Of a stretch of 64,000 nucleotides of DNA, positions 1 to 15,625 are shown piece after piece. Positions within the stretch are counted from its first letter, which is position 1. Each line of letters begins with the position of its first letter. The translations under genes were made by a program, and so were the position numbers. Under the pieces are notes generated by a model, which ran no database searches, was not told where the DNA came from, and was given only the letters and a program-made list of their open reading frames with translations. Source of the DNA: the human T2T-CHM13v2.0 reference genome, Homo sapiens; the NCBI RefSeq assembly GCF_009914755.1, contig NC_060947.1; one strand, 5' to 3'.

Positions 1-3000
1 TTGCTTGTTGAGTTAAATTCTTTATAGATTCTGGATATCAGACATTGTTAGATGCATAGTTTGTGACTGTTTCCCCCATTCTGTAGGTTTTCTGTTTACT
101 CTATCAATAGTTTCTTTTGCTGTGCAGAAGCTTTTAGTTTAATTTCGTCTCACATGTCAATATTTGTTTTTGTTGCAATTGCTTTTGGGGACTTGGCCAT
201 AATTCTCCGCCAAGGTCAATATCAAGAAGCATATTTCCTAGTTTTTCTTGTAGAAGTTTTACAGTTTGAGGTCTTATATTTCAATTTTAATCCATCTTGA
301 GTTAATTTTTTTATGTGTTGAAAAGTGAAGGTCCAGTTTTAATCTTCTGCATATGGCTAGCCAGTTATCTCAGCACTATTTATTGAATATTGGGTCTTTT
401 TTCCATTGCCAGTTTTTGTCAGTCTTGTAGAATATCAGATAGTTGTAAGTGTGCAGCTTTATATATGAGTTTTCTATTTTGTTCCATTGGCCTATGTGTC
501 TGTTTATGTATCAGTACCATGCTGTCTTGGTTTTACGATATAGTTTAAAGTCAGGTAGTGTGATAACTCCAGCTTTATTTTTCTTTTTTGCTTAGGATTT
601 CTTTGGGTATTTGGGCTCTTATTTGGTTGCATATACATTTTAGAATAGGTTTACCAATTATATGACGAACAATATTGTTAGTTTTATAGGAAGAGCATTA
701 AATCTGTAGATTGCTTTGGTCTGTATGGCCATGTTAACAATATTGATTCTTCCTATTCACAAGCATGGAATGCTTTTCCATTCACTTATGTCATCTCCAG
801 TGTTTTTCAGCAATGTTTTGTTGTTCTCCTTGTAGAGGTCTTTCACCTCCTTGGTTAGCTGTATTCCTAGGAATTACATTTTCTTTGTGGATATTGTAAA
901 TGAGATTGGGTCCTTGATTTGGCTTTCAGCCTTGAAATTATTAGTATGTAGAAATGCTACTGATTTTTGTACATTGATTTTGTATCCTGAAACCTCACTA
1001 AAATAATTCATCAGTTTCAGGAGCTTTTTGCCAGAGTCTTTAGGGTTTTCTAAGTATAGAATCAAATCATCAGTTAAGAGAGAAAGCTTGACTTCTTCTT
1101 TTTATATTTGGATGCCTTTTTATCTCCTTCTCTTGATTGATTGCTCAGGCTAGGACTTCCAGTTGTTGAATAGGACTGGTGAGAGTGGGCATCCTTTCCT
1201 TGTTTCAGTTTTCAAGGGGAATGTTTTCAGCTTTTGTCCATTCAATATGGTGTCGGCTGTGGGTCTGTCATAGATTGCTCTTATTTTTTTGAGGTATGTT
1301 CCTTTGATACCTAGTTTGTTGATGGTTTTATCATGAAGGGATATTGGATTTTATCAAAAACTTTTTTGCACCTATTGATATGATCATATCATATTTTGCT
1401 TTTAATTCTGTTTATGTGGTGAATCACATTTATTGATTTGCATATGTTGAACCAGCCTTGCATCCTAGAAATAAAACCTACTCAATCATGGTGCATTAAC
1501 TCTTTGATGTGCTGCTGGACTCAGTTTACTGAATTTTGTTGAGGATTTTTGCATCTATGTTCATCAGGGTTATTGGTCTGAAAGTATTTTGTTGTTGCAT
1601 TTCTACCAGATTTTGATATTAGGTTGATGCTGGCTTTGTGGAATTAGTAAGGGAGGAGCTCCACCTCCTTAATATTTTTTAATAGTTTTAGTAGAATTTC
1701 TACCTGTTCTTCTTTGTATGTTCAGTAGAATCCAGCTGTGAATCAATCTGGTCCAGGACTTTTTTGGTTGGTAGGTTTTTTATTACTGATTCTACTTCAG
1801 AGCTTGATATTGGTCTATCATGGTTTCAATCTCTTCCTGATTAAATCTTTGGAGAGTGTGTGTTTTCAGGAATTTATCCATTTACTCCAGATTTTCTACT
1901 TTGTATGCATAGAGTTTTTCATAGTACTCTCTGAAGATTTTTTGTAATGTCATTATCAGTTATAATATCATCTTTGTCATTTCTGATTGCACTTATTTAG
2001 ATCTTCTATTTTTTTCTTCAATTAGCTAGCATTTTATCATATCATATTTTCATTGTTTCAAAGGAACACCTCTTGGTTTCAGTGCACTTTTGTAGAGATT
2101 TTTGAATCAGAATTTAATTCAGTTCTCTAATTTTAGTAATTTCTTTTCTTCTGTTGGCTTTGGAGTTGATTTATTCTTTTTTTTCTAGTTCCTGTAGGGG
2201 CAAAGTTAGATGATTAATTTGAGATTTTTCTAACTTCTTAATGAAGGCATTAAGCACCATAAACTTTCCTCTTACTACTGCTTTAGCTGCAAACCAGAAA
2301 TTTTGGTAAGTTGTGTTTCTATTTTCATTAATCTGAAATAATTGTTTTTGATTTCTGCCTTAATTTCAATATTCACTCAGGAGTTATTAAGGAGCATGTT
2401 GTTTAATTTTCATGTATTAGTGTTGTGTTGAGAAATCTTCTTGCTGTTGATTTCTATTTTTATTACACTGTGGTCTCAAAGTCTGCTTGGTGTTAATATT
2501 TTGAATTTATTAAGACTTGCTTTATTGCTGAGCATGCAGTCAATTTTAGAATATGTTGTGTGTGCAGATGAGAAGAATATATATTCTGTTGTTGTTGTGT
2601 GGAGTGTTCTGTAGATACCTGTTGGATCCAATTGGTCAAGTGTTGGGTTTAACTGTTGAGGTAAGAGTTTCTTTGTTAGCTTCCTATCTCAATGATTTGT
2701 CTAAGGCTGTCAGTAGGATGTTGAAGTCTTCCACTATTATTGTGTGTCTGTCTAAGTTGGTGAAGAAGAACTTGTTTTATGAATCTGAATGATACAATGT
2801 AGGGTGCATATACACTTAAGATAGTTAAGTCGTGTTGGATTGTACCCTTTATCATTATGTAATGCCCTTCTTTGTCCTTGTTAATTTTTAACGGTTTAAA
2901 AATCATTTTTTTCTGATATAACAATAGCAATTCCTGCTCTTTTTTGTTTTCCCTTTGCATGGTAGATCTTTCTCCATCCCTTTGCTTTGAACCTGTAGGT

Positions 3001-6000
3001 GCCATTATATGTGAGATGGGTCTCTTGAGGACAGCAGATGGTTGGATCTTGTAATTTTATCCAGTTTGCCACTCTATGTCTTTTAATGGGGCATTTATCC
3101 CATTTACATTAAAGATTGGTATTGATATGTGAGATTCTGAGTGTGTCATCATGTTGTTAGCTGGTTGTTATGTAGACTTGATTGTGTGATTGCTTAATAG
3201 TAGCTTTGGGCTATGTGCATAATTGTGTTTTGGGAGTAGAAGCTTTCATTCTTTCAATTGGGTGTTTAGCACTCCCTTAATGACCTCTTTATAAGCCTGG
3301 TCTAGTTGAAAAAAATTCCCTCAGCATTTCCTAGTCTGAGAAGGATTTTATTCCTCCTTTACTTTTGAAGCATATTTGGGTGGGATATTAAACTCTTGAA
3401 TGGAATTTCTTTTCTCTAAGGATGCTGAAAATAGGCCCCCGATCTCATCTAGCTAGTAAGGTTTCTACTGAGGGGTCTGCTGCTAACCTGATGAGGTTCC
3501 CTGTGTATGTGACTTAAACTTTCTCTCTAGTTGCTTTCAAGACTTTTTTCTTTTGTGTCGAGATTTGTGAATCGTTTATTATATGACCTGAGATGGTCTT
3601 CTTATATAATATCTAGCTGGGGTTCTCTGTATTTCTTGGCTTTGCATGTTAAATTCTCTAGCAAAATTTTCATGGAGTATATCCTCAATATATTTTTCAA
3701 GTTGTTTATTCTCCCTCCTACTTTATCAGGAATGCCAATGAGCCACAGACTAGGTCTCTTTACATAATCTTATAGATCTTCAAAGTTTTGTTCAGTTCTT
3801 AAAATACTTTTTTCTTTCATTTTTGTCTGACTGAGTTGATTTGAAGAACTAGTCTTCAAGGTCTCAGATTCCTTCCTCATCTTTGTCTATTCTGCTATTA
3901 ATACTTCTGATTGTAAATATAAAATGCTTACAGTAAATTTTTCGCTCTAGAAGTTCAGTTTGCTTCTTTGTTAAAATGGCTATTTCATTTTTCAATTCTT
4001 ATATCATTTTACTAGATTCCTTGCATTGGATTTCACCTTTCTCCTGAATCTCTGTGAATATCCTTGCAATCCAGATTCTAAATTATATGTTGTCATTTCT
4101 GCCTGGTTAAGAACTATTGCAGGGAAGCTAGTGAACTTGTTTAAAAGTAAGGAGACATCTTGGATTTTTGAATTATCTGAGTTATTGTGTTGGTTTTTCC
4201 TCAACTGGGAGGGTTGATGTTCATTTAACTGTGGTGTAAGTAGAGTATAGACAGTTGGATTCATTTATGGATGTTTTCAGAGGGCCAAGCCTCTGTGCAA
4301 TGTCTTGATTTGTGGCTGAATTATTGCCCTTTGTTTCATAGGGGGCTATATTAGCAAATTTTTTTTTGCTTTGTAATTTGGGTTGTGATATAGTAGATGG
4401 GGGTTAGGAGTAATGGGTGGTAAATGGGCTCTTAGCCATGTGGCTTTTTTGTATTTTCTTTAATTCGTAGTTCTCTGTTTTGCAGTGAGAAGAAAGGCAA
4501 CCCCTTCACCAGGTCCATTCCTGGGCTTTCGGGGAGCCCCCTCTAATCATTGGCACTGCATTGTTTCCTTTTTGTTGTTGTTAGGTGTTCCAGCCTGTGG
4601 GGTTCCCTTGGGCAGAGGCCATGTCAGGGAGATAGGTCACACCCCTTCTGGACTGGTTCTGTGGAGGTTGTCATGCCCTCTTTCCACAGCAGCCCATGAA
4701 CTTGTGCAGCTCACCCCTCTTCACGCTCAGAGAATGTGGACTCCTCTCCCACTCAAGTGGTGGCCACAGACCTCGGTTCAGCACTCCTGAGCTGTGCACT
4801 GCAGCCCTGGAGTGAGCTCAGGCTTTTTGTTCCATCCACAACTTGGTGGGCAGAAGAGGCAGGGATCATGGTGGTGGCAATGGCAGAGAGACTGTCAGTT
4901 GTCTCTGGGAGCTCCACCCCAGAGAAACAAACAGCCATGGCTGATCAAAGTGATCATCCAGGAGTCGGGTGGCTGTGATGTAGGCCCAAGCCAGGGGGCC
5001 CTGCCTTGTGAAGAGCAGGTGAAGTAGCATCTCCTGGAGAAGATAATCTAGCCTTCTCTCTATAGTTCAGCTGCAGTATTATGAAGGTGTGAGAAAAGCA
5101 ATCAGGCTCTTTTTTCTCTCCCCAGCCAGCAGATAGCAAGAGCAGGTACCACAGAGGTGGCAGTAGCAGAAGGGCCTTCAGTGGCTCCTGGGAACTCCAC
5201 CCCAGAGAAGTAAAGAGCCACTGCTGATCGAAATGATTGGCTGGGGATGGGGCAGCTGCACTGTGGGTCCAAGCCAGAAGGCCATGTTTGGTGAGGAGCA
5301 GCAGGGGCAGGAACTCATGAGGAAAACAGTAAGGCCACCTTTCTGTATGAGAGTTACGGCATGTTGGAGGCACACAACAGTTCTGCAGTTCTTTGTTCCC
5401 TCCTCAGCCTGAGGGCAAAAAGGGTAGGGTGGGACCTTGACAGTGGCAATCACAGAAGGTATGCTAATTACATCTGGGAGCTCCATCCCAGGTATTTGCA
5501 GAGCTTCCACCAACTGGAGCACTCAGGTAGAGGTGGAGAGGCTGCACTGGGGGCCCAGGCCAGTCTGGAGTCTGCTCCTCAGCACTGTGGATGCAGACTC
5601 TATCCTTAGGGCATGTGAGAGGGGCTGGCCTCCCTTGATGGCAGGGCTATAGCAGCTAATGCTGGGGTTTTCAGGGATCCAAGGATCATGGAGCTTCATG
5701 TGTGCTTGAGGCAGATCTCTGTGTTAATCTGGAGGTATAGGGGGTCAGGAGGGATCTCTTCTGCCCCAGATTGCTAAGATCCATGGTAGAAGTTTGGATC
5801 CCCAAGGACTCTTGCTCACTCACCTTTTCCCCATGGTAGGAAACCTCCCCTGGCTCCATGCCAATCCCAGTGTGAGGCTGTCCTGCCTCTCTTCTCTCTG
5901 CTCTCTGTAGGTTGCCACTGTTTCTTTAATTAATTCTAATGTGGCTTCCTGGGTGATCAACTTAAAGAGCTAGTGTTTACTCATCACTTTGTCATCTCTT

Positions 6001-6050
6001 TGTGAGAACAACACACTCTAGCTGCTTCCAGTCAGCCATCTTGGTGCTTC
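1..6050 (-). mobile_element. L1 element (L1PA15-17/L1PB-age), 5'UTR + ORF1 + 5' part of ORF2, decayed; runs off the window start
   Basis: Minus-strand ORF2 remnants (874-1065 [11 protein letters not shown]...[12 protein letters not shown]; 2676-3005 DKEGHYIMIKG), GC-richer 5'UTR at ~4450-6050 beginning CCAAGATGGCTGACTGGAAGCAGCT on minus. Confidence 0.9.
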
Positions 6051-6827
6051 TGACTTTAGGTGTTTTGAAGAATATTCTATAATTTCTGAGTAATGACAAT
6101 TGCATTTATTCTTTCCTAATTATTACACTTTTCATTTCTTCTGTCTTCAGTGATTTTATTAGTATGTCTATTTATTTTATCTTTATAAAGAACAAATTAT
6201 TCTTTGTTTATCTTCCTTATCTTTCTGTAATAGCTCATTAATTTATCATGTCCTGCTTTTTACTTCCTAGTAATTTATCTGGGTTAATTCTGTTTGCTTT
6301 ATTAAATTCCACAATTGGGTACTTGGCATATTTATATGCAGCATTTCTTTATTTACTAATAAACCATTTAAGTCTATGCATTTCTTACTAATTTCAATTT
6401 TACCTGCATTCCAGTATCTTGATACCTAGTATTTTGTTATCATTCACTTTTTGTATGTAAATCCATTACAATTTCTTTTTACTCTATTTAAAACTGTTGT
6501 TTGATCCTTACATTATTTGAAAATTAACTTAATGTTTAAGGTTTTTACAATCAGAATTTAAATTAATGTAAGGGTTATTTAGTTATTTAAGTTATTTAAA
6601 TTATTAAGTAATATAAGGGTAATTTAAATATTTTTGTTAATTTTTAAGGTTTTATAGTCAGAATTTCTTCAGTTTCAACATAAAGATTCTAAGTTTAATT
6701 AATACTTTTCTTTCTGAATAATGCAAATGTATTTAAATATTTTAAATTCAAACGAGTATTCATGATTTGTGGCTATGTTTGTACAATGGAAGGTTTATTG
6801 TCTATTTTACTACTATAAATTTATACC

Positions 6828-7132
<305 letters not shown>

Positions 7133-8472
7133 ACCATCAATATTTTTTAATTTACCCCCCTTTTCAGCATTTTAAAATTTTATTATTTTTTCTAACATGT
7201 TATCTTATTCTGGGGTTATTTCTATATGCCTTAAGTAAATCTTATAAGATTTTCTGTGCTAATAGTGTGCTGACAGTAAGTACTTTTAGTTATTATTCAA
7301 AAATGTCTCTTATTTTATGACCATCTTTCTTGTAATGGTTTTCCTGGGTATATAATACTATACTGACAGTAGAGTTTTTCTAACTCATTTTGAAGGTGTT
7401 ATTCCACTATCTTATTTCTTTGTGGTTTTGATTAGTTACCGGTAAACAGAAGTTTGCTGTTAAGTCAACTCTCTCAAATAAACATAAAAATGAAAAGAAT
7501 TGACTTATAGTGACTATAGGGCTTGACAATTTTCATGGTTGTATTTAGGCTAGCAATGATGAGTAGATATGTGAAAAAATATAATTTTTTAGATGAATGG
7601 TTTTATTTCGTTCAGGCTGAAATTTATAATATAATAATTTCTTTTTTTTAATTTGTTACACCATTTCCTTCCAGCTGCATTACCTCTCATTCCATTCTTC
7701 TTCAAGTTGCATAAACTATGTAGTGCCTTTACTTTTGTACTTTTCTCCAAATGCTTATAATTAAATAAAATCACATTTATTAATATATGTATTAACTTAA
7801 TGAGAAGAAATATTTCTGTATGCATAATTTATTCAATGATTATTTTATTGATAACTATTGTTTCTAGTGTTTTATCCATAACAAAATGATGCTATATAGA
7901 GCCTTGAAATTAAAAATGATAAAAAAATAATTTAGAAATACTGATTCTTAATGCTGCAACTGGGAACAAGGACCCTGAGCTTAGAGAGCCTTAGAAAATG
8001 GTGATTTCTATGCCCAATTTTTTCTCCATTCTAATTAGCATTTTTGATCTCATAACAGCACAGCAAGAACCCTATTGCACTAACTAAATGACAAACCAGG
8101 AAAAAGGACTTGAACTCTAAGACTAGTGGAGGATTTCCAGTTCTGCTTCATTTCCTTCCTTTGCCCACACTTTTCTTCGTGATTTAGTCTCCTGGGAACT
8201 GGGTCTATTAGAACCACCTAAGATAATAATTTAATTTAAAGATTCTTGAGATTCTACCAAATCAAGTTCCTAGATATGAGCCCCAGGCACCGTTTGCTAC
8301 AAATCCTCTATATGAACATAACCTCAACATATAACCCAAGATCTTCTTAGGAGAAAAAAACTTAACAGGCCCATAGGAAAGAAGAGAGTAATAGAGCAAC
8401 CTAAAGATTCATGACATGACTCATATATTATGGTGCTACTAAGAATAAACTGAAACTTGAAATGGCAAAACT

Positions 8473-8478
8473 TTTATT
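8473..8478 (-). terminator. Polyadenylation signal AATAAA of ACTRT1
   Basis: TTTATT on plus, ~93 nt past the stop codon, followed on minus by U/GU-rich sequence (GTTTCAGTTTATTCTT). Confidence 0.75.
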
Positions 8479-8570
8479 GAACATCATGCTGAAGCCCAGA
8501 AGAAAATGCCATCTCCCACTGGTACTCCTGTAATCTGACACTTCAAGATGTCTCCTCTGCTCAAGGATCT

Positions 8571-10030
<1,460 letters not shown>

Positions 10031-10094
10031 TTGGTCAGATACAAAGCCAAGGAAAGCAAATCATACCTACAGAGCTATGAGAAACACTATTCTA

Positions 10095-11385
10095 CATGCT
10101 TTTGCTTGGAATTATGTTTTCATTTTTTTAGATATATATTTGAGAATAGAATTGCTGAGTTATATGACAACTGTATGTTAAATCATTTGATTTTAATTTC
10201 TGTAAGTTCTTTGTTCCAAAGTGGCTGTGACATTTTGCATTCCCACAGTCGCTGTAGGAATGCTCCTACTTCTCCACATGCTTCTAAATTCTATTTTCTG
10301 ACTTTATGATTCTAGGCATTCTAGTGTGTGTGAAATGTTATCTTATTGTGGTTTTGATTTGCAGCTTTAAGTATCAATGTTGAGAATCTTTATTATGTGC
10401 TTATTGGCCATTCTAATACCTTCTTGGGAGAAATGTCTATGCAGACCCTTTGTTCCTTTTTTATAAGGTTGTTTTTTGATTATTCCATTGTAACTGTTCT
10501 TTACACATTCAAGAGTCTGGTGTTTATCAGATACATTATGTGCATACATGTTCTTTTATTCTTGTATTGTCTTTTCACTTTTTTGTTAGTGTTCTTGAAA
10601 TTACAAAACTTTTAAATTTTAAAGGAGTCCAGTTTCTCTGTTATCATTTGTTGTTCATATTTTGTGTCATATGTAAGCATTCATTATAAAATTTAAGATT
10701 CTTAAATTTATCTTTTTGTTTTCTTGTAAGAATTTTAAACTTTTAACTATTACATTTAGTTTTTGTTAATTTTGAGTTCATTTTTTATTTATGGTGTGCA
10801 TTAAGTTTTCAACTTCATTCTTTTGAATATGGTTCTATCTGGCTGTTCCAGCACCATTTGCTGAAGAGGATAATTTTGCCCCATAGAATGACTAGTATCT
10901 TTTTCAAGCAACAATTGACCATAGACAGACACCTGGGTTTATTTCTGGACTCACTGCCCTATTCCATTGATCTATATGTCTATCATCATGCTGGTAGCAC
11001 ACTGCATTGATTTCTGTCACTCTGTAATAAATTCTGTAGTTAAGAAGTTTGAGTACTTCTTTGTTCTTCCTTTTCAAGATTGTTTTGGCCATTTTGGGTC
11101 CCTTGCAATTCAGTATGCAATTTAGGATCAACTTTCCAATTCCTACGCAAATGTCATATGGAATTTTGATAGAGATTGCCTTGAATCATTAGATCAATTT
11201 AAGGAATATTACCATCTTAATAACGTCAACTCTTCCAACCCATGAACATGTGATTTTATTTTGCCATTCACTTGCATATTATTTTAGTTTCTTCATGGAA
11301 TATTGTCATTTTTGGAGTAAAACTTTTATACCAGTTTTGTCAAATTTTTATTTCCAAGTATTTTATTTTTCTTTTATAACTGGAG
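10095..11385 (-). mobile_element. Old L1M (L1MB-like) ORF2 3' fragment
   Basis: ORF remnants 10367-10549 (RHFSQEGIRMANKH) and 10904-11131 (DRHIDQWNR..PEINP). Confidence 0.8.
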
Positions 11386-11672
11386 TTTTTTTTGTTTTGT
11401 TTTGTTTTTGTTTGTTTTTTGTTTGTTTTGTTTTGTTTTTTGTGATGGAGTTTCACTCTTGTTGCCCAGGCTGGAGTGCAATGGCTCTATCTTGGCTCAC
11501 CACAACCTCCGCCTACTGGGTTCAAGCAATTCTCCTGCCTCAGCCTCCTGAGTAGCTGGGATAACAGGCATGTGCCACCACACCCAGCTAATTTTGTATT
11601 TTTAGTAGAGACGGGGTTTCCCATGTTGGTCAGGCTGGTGTTGAACTCCCGACCTCAGGTGATCCACCTGCC
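11386..11672 (-). mobile_element. Alu (AluS-type), 5'-truncated by ~50 nt, (TTTG/TTTTG)n tail
   Basis: Reverse Alu from GATGGAGTTTCACTCTTGTTGCCCAGG to GTGATCCACCTGCC, then stops. Confidence 0.93.
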
Positions 11673-12860
11673 TAATTTTATCTTTGATTCAGAGGGGTAC
11701 ATGTGCTTATTTGTTACATAGGTATTACATGTATAATGGTGGGAGTTGGGATTCTAGAGTACCCATTAACCAAATATTGGACACTGTATTCAATAGGTTA
11801 TATTTTATCTTTCACTCTTCTCCCACTGTCATCCCTTTGGAGTCCCCAGAATATATTTTGCCCATCATTATGTCCATGTGTATCATTTGTTTAGCTTCTA
11901 CTTATAAGTGAGAGCATCTGTATTTGATATTCTGCTTCTTTGTTAGTTTACTTAGAATAATGGCCTTCAGCTCCATCCATGTTACTGCAAGAGACATGAC
12001 TTCATTCTACTGTATGGCTGCATATTATTCCATTGTGTATATATACCACATTTTCTTTATCCAACCAACTGTTTGTAGACTCTTAGGTTGGTTCCATCAC
12101 TTTGCTATGGTAAATAGTGCAGTGATAAACATACAAGTGCAGATGTCTTTTTTATATAATGAATTCTTTTCCTTTGCTTAGATACCCAGTTGCGGGATTG
12201 TTGGATCAAATGGTAGTTCTATGTTTAGTTCTTTGAGATATCTACATACTGTTTTTCATAGTGGTCGAAGTAGCTTACATTCCCACTAGTGGTGTATGAA
12301 CATTCCCTTTTCTCCACATCCATGACAACATATGTTGTTTTCTGACTTTTTTTTTAACAATAGGTATTCTTACTGGTATAAGATGGTATCTATGTGGGGT
12401 TTTAATTTGCATTTCTCTGATGATTGGTATGTTCAGCATTTTTCACGTGTTTGTTGGAAGCTTGTATGTCTTCTTTTGAGAAACATCTATTCATGTTCTT
12501 TGCCCACATTTTAATGGGATTATTTGTTTTATTCTTTTTGATTTGTTTAAGTTTCTTACAGATTCTGGATATTAGCCTTTTGTTGGATGCGCAGTTTACA
12601 AATATTTTCTCCCATTCTATCAGTTGTCTGATTCTCTTGTTGATTATTTCTTTTCCTGTGCATGTTTAGTTTGATCAAGTCTCATTTACCTACTGTTGTT
12701 TTTGTTGAGTTTGCTTTGTGGGTATTTGTCATAAATTGTTTGCCAAGGCTGATGTTCAGAAGGGTGTTTTCTGTTTCCTCTGGAACTTTTACAGGTTTAG
12801 GTCTGTAATCCATCCTGAGTTAATTTTTCTATATGGTGAGAGATAATGGGTTTAGTCTCT
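11673..12860 (-). mobile_element. L1 3' end (L1PA16/L1PB-age), 5'-truncated
   Basis: Reverse L1 3'UTR (GGTACATGTGC...TTGTTACATAGG, CTTATAAGTGAG) and ORF2 C-terminus. Confidence 0.85.
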
Positions 12861-13870
12861 TTTTCTTTCTGTACAGCCCCACTAGTTGTAAACTGATTGC
12901 TCTAATGATTTTGAATATTGCCTTTAAAGTGATAGTTCCTGAAGTCAGTTTTTGTGATGTGCTATGATCCCAGGGTCTCTAGTCATAGCTGTTTCTTTTC
13001 AGCTTTCTCCAGTAAACTACCCAACCTAAGGTTTATCCCATATCTTCATAAATTTACCAATATTTTCCCAATTACTCTTCACCAAAACATCAAGTGGTTT
13101 TTTTGTTTTGTTTTGTTTTTTGTTTTTTTTGAAAGTGCCCTGTGGCTTGAACTTTTTCACATTGTGCTTTAAATAAAGTAAGTTCCTTTTTCAAGGAGTT
13201 AGGAGCTATCCATTTTCCAAACTGCTTCTCCCTTCTGGTATAACTAGTAGCACAGGCTCTGAAGTTGGGGTTTAAAAAAAGGCATGGCTCTCTTTGAATG
13301 ACCCTTCTGCTGTAGGAGCTGAGCATTCAGTATGTGGGGAGAGTGGCCTCAGGCATTCTTAGCTTGCTGTGTCTGGTGTGCCACTGCTACCATATAAGCC
13401 AGGATGTGGGTTATCATCACCCAAGTATTCTCAGTGGTACTGTGCCATGGTTGAGCCTCTGTGCCACTGTGTGGACTCAGTAGAAAAGAAGAGAGCCCAC
13501 ATCTCCTAGTCAGCCACATTCACTAACAGTCATAGAAAGAGGTAGCTGGGGGCAGTATAAGAAATGTCTTCCCCTTCTAGGAAGATAGTACTCTATCTGA
13601 ACGCTCTGAAAAAAGAGAGTTCTGTATTCTTGGCTGAAGTAGTCTGAAGTTTCTTTCTCACTGAGTTGGAAAGGGGTGGAAGGGACTAGGTCTCAGTTCA
13701 GATACCACAAACTCTCATTGCTATTTCCAAATTTCAGTAGATTTTCTTGAATAAATGTTTCATTTGCAGCATGTCTTTAGGACCATTTCCATTGACATTA
13801 AATAGTTGTTTTTCTGCTTCAAAAAATTTTGCAGTTTTTCTTGAAGAACTTTTACTCTGTCATTCTATAA
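12860..13870 (-). mobile_element. Probable old L1M (L1MC/MD-like) 5'-region fragment
   Basis: Resembles L1M 5' regions from memory (e.g. CAGTAGATTTTCTTGAATAAATG); heavily diverged. Confidence 0.4.
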
Positions 13871-14532
13871 GTCCATTCATACAAATCAGAGCTGCAAAGT
13901 GACATGAACTGGCTCTATCACACCACTATCTGTAAATATGTTCCTCATTTATTTGTTCGGTAATATGTTTTTATTTCTCCCTCTTCTATTTTTTTTTTTT
14001 TTTTGGTAGCTGAGTGGTCTACAATAATTTGTGAAGCTATACTTTTTAAATAGTTTTTTCCAGCTTTATATTCATTAGCTATTTGCATTTGTGGATTTGT
14101 CTCATTCATCAGTTCTAGAAAGCTCTTCATTTCCCTCAGTGTTATTCTTTCCCATTATCTCTTGCCTCTATAGTATTCATATAAGCCACATTTTAAACTC
14201 TATTTCAATCCTTATTTTAACTTAATTTCTAGATGTTGCAGCCTCATTTTAAGCTGCTTCCTGAATAATTTTTATCTTTAGGTTCACTAATGTTCTGTAT
14301 AGCAGTGTCAATTTACATTTGACACATCTACTGGATATAGAATATTATTTTGTTTGTAATATCAATAATCTCATTTCTAATTTCTAGAAGTTTGTCTTAT
14401 CTTTTTCTAAATATGTTTAATTATGTTTAATGGTCAGATGTCCCTTTGTAATATATTTAAATGGTAACTTAATTTACTTAATTACAATATAATTTTATTT
14501 CGTATACTGTAAAGTATAATTAAAAACATTTT

Positions 14533-14876
<344 letters not shown>

Positions 14877-14905
14877 CTAGCTGACTGCAGCTTATACACA
14901 TTAGA

Positions 14906-15197
14906 TTTCTTTTGAGACAAAGTCTTGCTCTGTTACCCAGGCTGGAGTCCAGTGGCACACTCATGGCTCACTATAGCCTTGACCTCCTGGGCTCAAGCAA
15001 TCCTCTCACTTCAGCAACCACAGGCACATGCCATCATGCCTGGCTAATTTTTTATTTTTATTTTTATTTCTTTGCTTTTGTAGAGACAGGATTTCCCAAT
15101 GTTACCCAAGCTTTTCTCAAACTCCTAGGCTCAAGCGATCCTCCCACCCCAGCCTTCCAAAGTGCTGCGATTACAGGCATGAGTCACTACACCCAAC
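14906..15197 (-). mobile_element. Alu (AluJ-type)
   Basis: Reverse Alu with J-type CTCCTGGGCTCAAGCAATCCTC / GGCTCAAGCGATCCTCC. Confidence 0.92.
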
Positions 15198-15254
15198 CAA
15201 CACTAGATTATTAATGTTTTACTAATATTTTCATTATGAAATAATGTTCTTGCT

Positions 15255-15625
15255 TGTTGTGGTTTGAAAGTCTGTGTCTCTCCAAAATTCATGTTGAAAT
15301 TGAATCCTCAATGCAAGTCTGTAGTATGAAGAGGTGGAGTTTTTGGAAGCGATTAGGTCATGAGGATGAACCCTCATGAATGGGATTAGTACCCCTATAA
15401 AAGGCCTTAAGGGAGTCTCTTAGTCCTCTTCACCCCTTTCCACTTGTGCCATGTAAGAACACAGCAACAAGGTGCCATCTATGATGCAGAGAACAAGCCT
15501 TCATCACTGAATCTGCTGGCTTCTTGAAATTTCCAGACTCCAGAACAATGAGAAATAAATGTCTAATTATTTATAAATTACCCAGTCTGAGGTATTTTGT
15601 TAAAGCAGATCAAACAGACTAAGCC
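15255..15625 (+). mobile_element. Solo MaLR LTR (MST/MLT1A type)
   Basis: TGTTGTGGTTTGAA...CCCTCATGAATGGGATTAGT...AGAAATAAAT...TAAATTACCCAGTCT...AGACTAAG. Confidence 0.88.

Noticed and set aside
4485-5652. Cluster of 60-139 aa ORFs in GC-richer sequence
   Set aside because: Lie in an L1 5'UTR; no recognisable domains.
8444-8449. Plus-strand AATAAA facing the ACTRT1 poly(A) signal (possible convergent transcript)
   Set aside because: Explained as the U-rich downstream element of ACTRT1; no evidence of a plus-strand gene.
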